DNA of 42,311 bases from Hydrurus foetidus (lineage: Eukaryota), in the NCBI GenBank assembly GCA_900617105.1, contig UYFQ01000525.1:1-42311 (forward strand). Direction: 5' to 3'. Below the pieces are notes generated by a model. The model had not been told where the DNA came from. It did no database searches and saw only the letters and a program-made list of their open reading frames with translations. The translations under genes were made by a program, and so were the position numbers. The first letter of the stretch is position 1. Every line of letters starts with the position of its first letter. Of this stretch, positions 20,001 to 30,886 are shown in pieces.

Positions 20001-22056
20001 GAGATGGAAGCAGCTATCAGTGACTGCAATAATCGCATCAAGCCAAGCACACACTGGGACGAAGCGCTTGCATTCTACACCGGGTCCACGACGCTTCTGA
20101 ACCCTACCGCCAACATTGGATTTTTCCAGTACAGTCTTGCCGAGAAGAAGTGTCCTCTGTTCCAAACATGCGGAGTAACCGGTGACGACATGAAACTATA
20201 CAAATCAACTGCCAATCAGAAAGTGTTCTCACTGTTTGCCGCGGGGAGCAGCTATGTAGAAGCAGGAAGATGCAGCAACCTCGTGACTGTGAAAGAGTCG
20301 CTGGTGAAGCAGTTCACAGTTCCGGTCATACAGGGCATCATGCAGTACCTCTTCCAATCTGAGACTTTAACCGGCGACGCGAAAGAGAAGTCGAGAGCGG
20401 AGCTGTGGTCTTTCACGTCAGCCGTGCTTCCTCTTGTGAACTTCTACAGCCCCTCGGTTGCCGCGACCCTAGTTCAGAACACCGGAATCACCAACGTCGC
20501 CACGGTGCCTTCTGGACGTGCAGCTGTGAAAGCATCTTTAGAGTCTGTGTACGGCGCCATTGGTATCACCTGCTCCGACGTTGGTGGCTTTTACAATTCT
20601 GCTACCAAGTCTTACTACGACGGAATGGATCCATGCAGCGACAATGACATTGCAGGATACACGATCAACAGCGACGTGACTCAGCACCTGAAGCTCGATC
20701 TGGATCTTTCGACAATGTTTACCACCCTTGCGGCCACCCCTCCAAACTTTGCTGCGGCGTACACTGCCTACAGCGCAGGTAACACTCACACAACACCAAA
20801 GAGGCAGGATCCTCTGCGTCATTGCCTCAACCTGCGAGCTCGCCACAGAAACATCCCGCTTAATCACTTCAACCCTGGCCTCATCTCCACACATCGACAT
20901 TTCTCTGACAGGCGGTAACAGCAAGAAGACCAATGGCACCATGCGCACAATAAAAGGATTCTCCAGTCCCAAGCTGACTGGTGAGAAGTGGTACGACATC
21001 TACGTCGCCTTCAACGGCAAGGACAAACTCTACGCGAACACGTTCACGACAAACGCATGTAACGGCGTCGGTGAGTTTGCGTTGTCAACGAGTCCCCCGA
21101 TCGGACCTGTCTCGAGAATCGAAGGTTGCAAGAAAGGTGCTGCCTACTTGAACGTTTGGATGTACGTCATCCACGAGATGGAAGCAGCTATCAGTGACTG
21201 CAATAATCGCATCAAGCCAAGCACACACTGGGACGAAGCGCTTGCATTCTACACCGGGTCCACGACGCTTCTGAACCCTACCGCCAACATTGGATTTTTC
21301 CAGTACAGTCTTGCCGAGAAGAAGTGTCCTCTGTTCCAAACATGCGGAGTAACCGGTGACGACATGAAACTATACAAATCAACTGCCAATCAGAAAGTGT
21401 TCTCACTGTTTGCCGCGGGGAGCAGCTATGTAGAAGCAGGAAGATGCAGCAACCTCGTGACTGTGAAAGAGTCGCTGGTGAAGCAGTTCACAGTTCCGGT
21501 CATACAGGGCATCATGCAGTACCTCTTCCAATCTGAGACTTTAACCGGCGACGCGAAAGAGAAGTCGAGAGCGGAGCTGTGGTCTTTCACGTCAGCCGTG
21601 CTTCCTCTTGTGAACTTCTACAGCCCCTCGGTTGCCGCGACCCTAGTTCAGAACACCAGAATCACCAACGTCGCCACGGTGCCTTCTGGACGTGCAGCTG
21701 TGAAAGCATCTTTAGAGTCTGTGTACGGGGCCATTGGTATCACCTGCTCCGACGTTGGTGGCTTTTACAATTCTGCTACCAAGTCTTACTACGACGGAAT
21801 GGATCCATGCATCGACAGCTCGACACCCGTGCAGCAGTCCTCAACGACAGTAACGAAGAGCACAAACATGACAGCCTCCGCACCCATAGCAATAGCACTC
21901 ATAATCATTGTACTCATCTTGTTCTTATTCCTGGGAGGACTGTCCGGATACTGCTACAGAGCAAAGATAAGCAGATCGATGGAGAGGGATGCCCCGTGCA
22001 TTCCCAGGATAGATGAAAGCCACAACAAGCTTGTAGATCCCAATCGGAGAGTCTAG
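17061..22056 (+). CDS. ISIP2a: FEA1/ISIP2a (phytotransferrin)-like iron-uptake protein with four tandem FEA1-type domains, signal peptide and C-terminal TM helix. Exons 17061-17256, 17390-18430, 18564-19604, 19738-20778, 20912-22056 (about 1487 aa)
   Basis: Signal peptide MTKLLLIACLGAFAIRCSTA. Motifs IAGY...DVTQH..LDLD, GGNS...RTIKGFS, KKGAAYLNVWMYVIHEMEAAISDC, WDEALAFYTGS, LAEKKC..F.TCG, VPVIQG and AVLPLV match the algal low-iron-inducible FEA1/ISIP2a family as I recall it. Removing four 133-bp GT-AG introns yields one continuous frame. A Ser/Thr stalk and hydrophobic helix lie at about 21886-21950. Confidence 0.88.
17171..21811 (+). repeat. intragenic tandem array, about 4 x 1174-bp units (1041-bp exon + 133-bp intron)
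   Basis: Identical landmarks recur at an exact 1174-bp period (intron donors 17257, 18431, 19605, 20779). 1041 nt = 347 codons. Confidence 0.98.
17257..17389 (+). other. spliceosomal intron, phase 1 (copies at 18431-18563, 19605-19737, 20779-20911)
   Basis: GCAG|GTAACA...TTTCTCTGACAG|GC. Splicing restores YSAGGNSKK. Retention gives TAA right after the acceptor. Confidence 0.92.
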
Positions 22057-22752
22057 ATAACTGTTCTTCAGCTCTGAGTGGCATCCTACGGCTAGTGAAC
22101 CAATTCCATCATCTGTCATGGTGTTACTGTAATAAGTTTCAATCCCATAAATCTGTGTAGTTTAGACGTACGAATAGATAGATTATTTGAATGAGCAGCC
22201 ATGTAATTTAATTGCAGGTATCAGACACCACTCCCCATTCATTCCATGCGAGTCTAGAATGGCCTTCGCTGATTCGAAATCATACCTTGGTGTTATCAAG
22301 AACTCGACATCCATCGCGACGCGGAAAAGGTGTCCGTCTTTCAGGACGGGACTCCTCCAGTCCACTCTCCTTGCACATGACCGTTTTCGACACCTAGAAG
22401 ACGAAGTCGTCCCTCGGCTACGCCCCAGTGAAAGTCGCATACACTAGTTCCATATTCCGGCCACACAGGCTGGTGGCGGTAATGAAGTCCCGCATCTGTG
22501 TCTTCGAGGCCGGCCGATCACATATCAGAATCGCCATACAAAATTGTGACAGTAACACTCAGTCAACATCCAAAATTTTCACAAACTGCTTGCTCAAGAC
22601 TTTCTTGGTGTTTTCTGATGCAGCCGATCATGGATATGCCAAACTGGTTTCCAGTTGAAGAAATTTGTGAGAACACCGGTGAACTATATGTGCAGCATTT
22701 TATAAGAGCAACAGTACATTATAGCAAGGGGTTACCTTCTTGATGGCATATG

Positions 22753-25365
22753 CCAGTGGTGGAAATAACGCGGTTTCGGTAAAAACGCGGTTGTACCCTC
22801 GGGAGATTTTCCATTCTTTTTAATGGCGGGAGACCTCGGAAAGTTGAAAATCTCTCCTGATCGTGAATATTACTCCACGAGAATTTGTAGGCGTATCAAC
22901 AACCACGAGACATCCCACATACTATTTTGGTTCCTTGGAAAAATCACTCTCGCAGCAGAGGAATTTTTAGCAGTGGTGGGGCATCTTCAGCGAGGGATCG
23001 ACAGATTCAGCAACTCAGAGAAGAAATCAAGTCTCGCCGGATGAGCAGATGATGCCTAACTGAACCATTTATCTTTTCTGATGTTGATACCCTAGGTGAA
23101 CTCAACTGGGGATGAGAATCAATGAAGCTTGAATTCGCTTGTAGACTACCTATGCCAAGAATCGTTGATAGAATATCATTCCTTACATCTGAACCCACAT
23201 CAATGACAAATTCAAACAACAGATTTGTAACTAAACTCTGCCTAATTAATTGCAATCATAAAGGTCCTCATCGGCAAAGATATCAAGGTCATCATCGCTC
23301 TCGCTGGATTTGGCCTGCTCCTCCGCGGCGACGAGGGCGGTGAGTATCTTGGCGGCGGCAGCTGCATCCCTTTTGGATTTGCGAATTGCCTTTTTCTCGG
23401 CGGCAGGCAGGTTGTTGAAGGCATCTCTTTCAAACTTCTTCTTCTCCTTTATCTCTTTCGCCGCATCCTTGGCTATTTCTCTGCGCTGTCTTGCGGCAAC
23501 TTTTTCGATCACACCTAACTCCTTGTTCTCGAGATGATTTTTGTACTTCGCAATGCAGTCGACGGAGTTCATGATGACTGCGCGCTGCTGGTGGAGCATG
23601 CGCTGATCTTTCGGGCGTTGGTTGACCTGTTCCTCATTCACGCTGGGGATTTCCAAGGTGTCCATCTCGTCCTCTGAAAGCGCACCTCTCGCGCGAAAGA
23701 TGGCCACAGCATCGTCCACAGCATTAGTCATAGAGGATCACTGTTTGATGCTGAATGTGTATGTAGTCTGACGTAGTGTTCTGGCGAAATCCACAGGATA
23801 CTGTCCTGTTCTCTCATAGCCTGTGATAATCATCTCTGCTGTCATCACTGATCTGATTGTCTTCAATATCTTTTGAATTGAATCACTGATCTTTGTCTTC
23901 ATCGCACTTGAGTAGCCACACCCACGCAACACACCTTTCAGTGCTTCGCTCATTAATGGGCTCTTGTAATTAGTAGTCTCTACGGACTGAATCTTTTTCT
24001 TGATCGCGCGGAAGAGTGGACTCACGTCCGATGACTGATGGATTCCGCTGCAGGAGGCGGCGATCTTCCCAAAGTCAATGAGGGCGTTCTCGAAAACGCC
24101 GAGCATGTCCTCTTCCTGGAAGACTCCGATCTGCTCCTGTTCCCCATCGCAGGTAACGAACGCACGCATAGGCGTACCATCAGGATACTTGGCTTTCGAT
24201 CGAGCACGGACATCGATGATGAAAGGCGCTACGATGAAGGTACCGAACCATCGGTAAAATGCGGCATTCGCATTACGGGTCCTGCGACGTATAGATAAGC
24301 GTGCCCGTTTACATCTGTGCTCGTCGACAACTCTGGTATGTCGTGCCAAGCAAAGGACTCTGCATCAACTGAATCGTCGGCAACGATGAAAACCGGTGGC
24401 GCCACAGTACCATTTGCGTTATGAAGGTGATAGTGCTTGACCGATAAATAAGTGCCGCCACCGCTCTCTGAAGTGAGAGGTCCCACATCTTTACCCTTTA
24501 AGTATACGCACATATCATCTTTGTCTGGAGAAATCCCATATTGGGTGGCATCCCAATTGATAATCATGGATGAATGCAGCTTTTCACTGAAGGCCTTGTT
24601 CATTACCGCCATACTGAACGAATTTCTTGGATCGTTCTCCACAGTGATTCTTGCATGCGTTTTGAGCTGCGCTGTCTTCAGTCCCGATTTCAATATACTT
24701 TTGTAGTTCCACATCGTTTTTGGAACTATGGTAGGGCACACATTAGCAATATTTCTGCGCTTTGATGATTGCTCGACTTCTTTGATGAGTATGGCTTGGA
24801 ATTCAGCCCTATTAGGTGCATGCTGATCTCTTGTTCGCTTCGCCAGCTCGGTTAGCACATTCTGACCTCCTACTTTGTCGAGCTTTCGTGGTCTCCCCGA
24901 ACCAGAATCTCTAAAAGTCGAAATTCCTGACTCCTGATCATCCTTGTACTTTGCGATCATTCGCTTCATAGATGTAGGAGGTATAGAATGAGTCCTGGCG
25001 AACGAATCAGGTGACAGTTCACTTCGGAAATACTTTTCACACAGTAGAACTTTCGATGCCGCACTGTGGTACGATCCCGAAAGATCAGAAAACCGACCGA
25101 TACGACTGGTTTCACCGAGTGCTTCCATGGCTATAGACACCAACGGTAACTGCGAGATTTTTTTAGAGAGGCAAAATCCACTGGAACTTTTGCTGGATTG
25201 TGTGAACAGAGTCATCTGTTGCAACATATCCTAAGCACAGCACTAGGTGTTACTTGTTCGTGGAGAATTCGTCATTCCAACGATAGTTTCATGTGGTAGT
25301 TTTTCATGTGCAGAACGGAGGGTACAACCGCGTTTTTACCGAAACCGCGTTATTTCCACCACTGG
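22753..25365 (-). mobile_element. pogo/Tc1-mariner-like DNA transposon with perfect 48-bp TIRs
   Basis: CCAGTGGTGGAAATAACGCGGTTTCGGTAAAAACGCGGTTGTACCCTC at 22753-22800 and its reverse complement at 25318-25365, flanked by TATG on both sides. Contains a transposase. Confidence 0.93.
23246..25227 (-). pseudogene. DDD transposase (pogo/DDE_1-like), with a frameshift near 24285 and an in-frame TGA at 23738-23740
   Basis: GRPRKLD HTH linker. IINWDATQ, NGTVAPPVFIV, VTCDGE and HQSSDVSPLFRAIK parallel the pogo motifs NxDET / PPxxI / LDGH / QPLDVxxFxxxK. Three consecutive ORFs join into one protein with a Lys/Glu-rich tail. Confidence 0.8.
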
Positions 25366-25386
25366 TATGGTAGTATCAAGGGGGTA

Positions 25387-25776
25387 TCTTGGAATAAGGC
25401 TGTCTTTTGGATCCTGGATCCAGTCAAAGCACCTGGTTGATAGCAGTGATTCGTTTAGAACACACTTTGCTCTCAGCTAGTCGACCAAGGTCGCTTCAAC
25501 AGCTCACTCTAGTGTAGGTATAATGGCACACAGCCATATAGTCTCTTTTAATTAGAAGTGCTCATTGTGTCAAAACATAGCAGTTCATGGCTAGCTATAC
25601 TAGCTACAGTTGGCTGTTCACTGTCATCATCAGTTGCAACTTTCAGTACAGTTTGAGTGATGGTCTCGGGTCTGTGAGCGCTACCCTCGCTCCTCCACTT
25701 GGGCTTGAGTGATATTACCCAAAGGGAATTCCCCAAAGGGATTGTCCCCATAGGGATAGCTATGCTATATCCAACA
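25387..25776 (-). repeat. 3' LTR of copia C (390 bp), preceded by a short PPT (TTAGGGGTG)
   Basis: Near-identical to 30887-31277. Confidence 0.97.
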
Positions 25777-25941
25777 CACCCCTAATGTCACAAGCATTCA
25801 GGCGGCATATTCATATTTCTTCATAGAAATGTAATCATAAATCGTGTTTGTAACTATGGTAAGCTATAGTGATCATACAAGTTTTGTTGCTAATAAAAGT
25901 TTTAAAAAATAGCTCAACTGTAAGTCAATAATGTGAAGTAC

Positions 25942-28900
25942 TTAATTTCCTAGAATTTTCTTCACCAACTTGGAAAAAATCGTTCCTTGTAGTGGCTTGG
26001 TGTAGTAATCGGATGTCATATCCTCGGTGGGCACGTAGACAATGTTTACGGCACCGATACGGATGTAGTCTGAGATCCAGAATTGTCGTACCTCAATAAA
26101 CCGGGTGGTCTCTGCGGTAGACCGACCTTTTTCAGCAGCATGATGCATGACTGATTGTCTTGTTCCAGCCTCACTGGGTGTTTTCCATGTCCTTGGTATG
26201 CAATAAAACCAGCAAGCCATAGCGGAATGTTCATTCCGTCGGAAACCGCAATGATCTCGGACTCCGTACTTGACTTGGAATTCAGCTTCTGGACCTTGGA
26301 ACTCGAAATAAAATTCCCCACCCCTAATGTGACACACATTCCTGAGGTTGATTTCATTTGTTCTCTGTTAGCAAATGCAGCATCAATTGATACTGTGACT
26401 GTCATTGGCAAAGTGCAACCGAGTCGTAATGGCTTGTCTCTAGTAGCCCTCAGATAGCATATGAGCCTATCGAGTTTCTTGTCGTCTTCTGTTGTCGGTG
26501 CCTTTACACGTTTGCACAGTTCACCCAACACTAATACAATGTCTGGGCGTGTTCGGTTCCCCAGGTATAGCGCCGTAGCAACGTCGGTGTGAAAGGTTTT
26601 AGCGTCTTTCTCATTCAGGAATTTGCAGTCCAAGGTCCGCTCAAATAGGTGTGGGGCACCCGGTGATGATGGGTCTCCGATGAGCTTCATACCGCGTTCA
26701 GCGTGGCTTTTTTCCCTTGATGATATCAGATCTTGGATCATCCCGATCTGTGTTACCTTTACAAATCTAGGCTCAGTGTAATCCCACATGCAGCCTAGGT
26801 ACGGTAGAACGCGCTCTTGGGTGGTACGGAATTGGCCGTACGTTTTCAGCAAAATCTTTTCCATGTCAAGAACCGCTTTCTTGTCCACGCATGTCATCTT
26901 TAGATCGTCTACGTAGACTAGGATCGTAAATTGGTTGCCTTTGACGTCCTTGTTGAAGACGCAAATATCGCGCGGGTTAGCCGTGAAACCATTTGACCGT
27001 AGGGTTCCGGCTATCTCGTTGTACCATAGTTTAGCAGACTCAATACACCCGTATAGTGCTTTGTCCAGTCTCACCACCAACCCTCCATTGTGTCTTCTGA
27101 AGGGCGCAAAAGATTTGTCTTGTTTGATGATTGCGTCGGTCACATTCTTATCGATATACATATGAAGGATTTTATCCGGTTTATCCATAGGCATGTTGGC
27201 GTTGAGGTACGCGGACCCAACGTCCCCGACCATGATGAAACGGTTTTCCGCAGCAGCGATCTGTGCTACTGTAAATATAGCAGCTATGCTCGCTGTCGGT
27301 GACTCAACTTCATCTGCAGCATAGTCCTCTCTGACTTGTGCACGCCCATCCACACAGAAGCGCGCCTTGACCTTGTCGATTTGGCGATCGCCATTCGAGT
27401 TTAGTGTTGGAAGGTATTTCTCAACAACATTCATGTTCGAACGGAGGATCTTCTTTGTCTGAGTAGGTGTGAGTTGTTCCATGTGGACTCCTGAAAATGT
27501 CCCCTTTGCCAGTAGTGATTTGACCTCTGACTCTATGGCTGCGGTAGCCTTATCCGGGAAAAGTTTCAATGCCCGGGTAACTGTCATAAGTGACCAGTCA
27601 CCCCTAATTCCTTCTTTCTGCGCTGGAATAGGTAGCTTGTCAGCTACTAAGTTGAGTCTGTCTGGTGGCTTTCGAATTCTCGTCGACTTCTCACGCAATT
27701 CAACTGGTGCACTAGGTATGTACGTACGTACTGCGGTGGTAGGTGGTGCCTCTGGTTGCTCCTCCGGTACCGCTTCAAATGTAGTTTCTGGCCCGGATAC
27801 TTCGTCGGAAGTCAGATTACTAGTATTTTCAGCACCCGCCGATTCCATTTCACCCCGAATCTCAATTTGGTCTTGAGCAATTTGAGGTTCCATCATGGTA
27901 TGAGGCGTGTCGGTTTCATCCGGGAACACCGGTAAGATTGGAGGTGTAGGTTGAAACGGGATTGTTGGCACCGGTATCGAAGGTGAATCGATTGTGACAA
28001 TATCATCGTCGATATCTCCTGTGATGTCTTTATCATGGAAAGTAAATATTGGTTCTTTCGATGTATGTATCTTGTTCTTCGATGCCCACCCATTTACAGT
28101 GGTGGTGACGAGTGGTGGTATCGGTAGCACCACATAGTGGTTGGCCGATATGACGCTCCTAGTGTCGATGCGCATAAAGGAATGAGTGCCTGTCCCATTC
28201 ATCTTTGGTTCTAGGTATAGGCATCCAATAGTTCTTGGATCCATGTTGTTGCTAAGCACCCTCCCGGTGACTTGGCAGTATGACCCGAACGGTGGTCCAA
28301 TATCTTTTTTCGTGTCCGCCTTTCTACCAAAGAAAGCTTCGAAAGGGGAAATTCTATCTGTCCTCGTCGATGAGGGAAAGAGTAGTAACTTCTTCGCAGA
28401 CGCTGTCACAAGGTAGGGCATGAGTATGTCAGGCAGTAGGTACGGTAGACTGAAGATGGTACAGCGGATGGTCTCCTTTAGGTGCCTGATCATTCGTTCA
28501 ATAATGTGATCATGTTGCCCTGGACCAACCGCAATCACTTCGACACCCATGGCGTTCATGTCGTTGAAAAGTGCAGCGATGCCTCGCTCATTGTCACTTG
28601 TAAATTTCACGATGGAAATTCGTCGGGACCCGATGGTGCCGAACATACGCTTGAGGCTCTGTCTGAGCACCGGCGTTGTAACATTGTCAACACAGCCGAC
28701 CAAAACAATTCCCAGTGGATGGGTAATCGAAACTAGGAATGGCTGCTTATTTATGAACATGATGTCACAATGCATGTGTTGCGCATCAAAGTTTCGTGTC
28801 GTAGTAGGTAGCTGTGGTGGTGGCATAGGCCTCAGCCGAGTAGTGCGTCCTTTGAGTGACGCCGTGTTTGCTCCCCAAATTTCTGTAGCACGTGCGACAT

Positions 28901-29846
28901 CTTCAGGTAAGATGTCGCAGTTGAGAAACGTTCCAGCTCGCAATGCAGAAATGAATTTCTGATCTGGTGGAAATCCCAAACTCGCTTGCATGCGTCGTGC
29001 ATCAGCGCTTCTTTGAACTTCGCGTTTCGTGAATTTGGCTTCGTTGGCGTCCGTTGTAGGCAGTTTTGTAGAGTAAAATATACTTGTAGATGGTGTTTTT
29101 ACCACTGCCGGATGAGCATATGCATTTCTGCGCTCTGCGGCGTCAGAATATCGCGGCTCCGGAGGCACCGCCAAATCGGCGACATATAGCCCTCCACGAT
29201 GTTGGAATTTGTAGGTGCTCTGATCAGTGTGGAGCAGAAATGCATCCTGATCTATCATAGAACCCTGGCGAAACTCCCAGTTGTGCCCTTGCAACAGGCA
29301 ATCGGATGCCGATACGATGGAAAGTCCAGCACGCGGATCAAAATGAACGATGCCAATGTCACGAAGGTTTCCTGCTTTAGTTACAGTAAGCGAACCATGC
29401 AAGCCTTTGAACACAGTAGGAGTGCATGTCGCGATGTCACTCAGAACATCCGCACATGTAATGATGGTGCCAGTAGCTCCAGTGTCAAAGATGGCTTCAG
29501 AGGTACTATGTTGGTTGATGTTACGGTTTGCAGAAAAATCGGTCCGAGGACCGAGGGTTGCGACTTCCACCGGTGTGGTGGTATAGCACACGCTACAGTG
29601 CCTGTCGCCATGTTCATTCTCGTTAACCTCTTGATCCCACATTTGGCCAAAAGCAGTGTAGACATCTCCTTGAGCACTGGGGTCATCTTCCTCAGTTTGT
29701 CTCCTCGCCGACATTGATGTTTTTGGGGCTGAAGGAGGCTCTCCGGCGGCCTTCTTTCTGCACTCACTAGCACGATGACCTGCTTTTCCACAGTGGTAAC
29801 AAATCCCACTGAACTTGCCCTCCTTTGTATCTTTAGCAAAGGACAC
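25942..29846 (-). CDS. pol: copia C zinc knuckle-PR-INT-RT-RNase H (one frameshift near 26128)
   Basis: CYHCGKAGHRASEC, AIFDTGAT, HCDIMF/SDNE/IERMIR, KARFCVDG, DVGSAYL, ALYGCIES, YVDD, IDAAFA, SSTESE. The last ~60 aa (GRSTAETTRFIEVRQFW...DYYTKPL) are in a shifted frame. Confidence 0.92.
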
Positions 29847-30859
29847 TTTCGGCTCTTTAATCTTTGCCGGGTTAATCTTCTTGGCCTTTTCTTTAGCGGG
29901 TGGTTTTTCGCCCTTTGGGGACCGCCCGGTTTCGTGAGGTTCTTTGCTGCAAGTGCCGTTTGGTGAGTCACTATCGCTGATTGTAATGCACTACCCTTTA
30001 CCCCACGATGGAATCTAGTTGCTCCGTTGATGGCTTCCATCAGGGTCTTCGGATAAATGTCAATCTTGTTGCACTCCAAATAATTGCTGAGATAGTTTTT
30101 GTAGTCATGATAGACCTGTGAGGTACTACTCAACCCCTCAATTAGCTTTGTCGCTTGTTGGACAGCATTTGGAATCTGCGCTTCCGGTACTCCTGTTGCA
30201 GCGAGTCGATCGAAAAGCTTGACCGCACGTCGTCCGTACGGTACGATGTCTTCACCCGTACTCATAGTCAGCGTGTACCAGTCCCGTAGGGCCTGGGACC
30301 GCTCGAATTCCTGATTACCATCACATCTTGATGTAACAACTGACTTGATAACTTCAAGTAGTTTAAGTGGATCGTCGAGTTCGACTGCTATGAATTCCGC
30401 TTTCACTGTCAGGATCGCGTTGAGCGATGGTGAACACATCGTACGAATCAGGCGGTATGCCGATTCACGGTCATCCATCTGCTGCATTCTCCTTTTGTTC
30501 ACTAATGCTCTGTCGGTATTGATGTCATTCATCATCATCTTTGCTCGATATCCCTTCGGATCCGTGATTTCAGTGAAGGATTCCAGCAATGTGAAGTTGG
30601 GCGGTTTGAAATCGTAAACCTTGTAGGCAGGTCTAATAGTGAGCAGCATGGGGTCTGGACAGATGGTCTGGAGGTCCTGAAAGTTGATTCTCATGTACTC
30701 TTTCAGTTTCAACATAGTGTCGTCCCACTCTTTCCACCCGTTGTGGGTTATCTCAGGCAAACTTTCTGGCCTCAAGCCATCTGCGATTGCTGAACTTTCG
30801 CGCTTTTCACCCTTCTCGGATTTCGATTGGGCAGCGCCTTTCTCGCCTCGCTGACTCAT
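29441..30859 (-). CDS. gag: copia C gag (leaves the polyprotein frame near 29905-29920, before the CCHC knuckle)
   Basis: ATG 28 nt after the 5' LTR. Gag-like motifs DDPLKLLEVIK and YPKTLMEA. Confidence 0.85.
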   Translation of the reverse strand: MSQRGEKGAAQSKSEKGEKRESSAIADGLRPESLPEITHNGWKEWDDTMLKLKEYMRINFQDLQTICPDPMLLTIRPAYKVYDFKPPNFTLLESFTEITDPKGYRAKMMMNDINTDRALVNKRRMQQMDDRESAYRLIRTMCSPSLNAILTVKAEFIAVELDDPLKLLEVIKSVVTSRCDGNQEFERSQALRDWYTLTMSTGEDIVPYGRRAVKLFDRLAATGVPEAQIPNAVQQATKLIEGLSSTSQVYHDYKNYLSNYLECNKIDIYPKTLMEAINGATRFHRGVKGSALQSAIVTHQTALAAKNLTKPGGPQRAKNHPLKKRPRRLTRQRLKSRKCPLLKIQRRASSVGFVTTVEKQVIVLVSAERRPPESLLQPQKHQCRRGDKLRKMTPVLKEMSTLLLAKCGIKRLTRMNMATGTVACAIPPHRWKSQPSVLGPIFLQTVTSTNIVPLKPSLTLELLAPSLHVRMF

Positions 30860-30886
30860 TCTGAGCTAGCTAGCGGCTTCTAATTA

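Noticed and set aside
17206..22056. Four separate ~450-aa genes, as the ORF track suggests
   Set aside because: Their N- and C-terminal extensions are intron read-through. GT-AG splicing joins them into one frame with a single signal peptide and a single TM helix.
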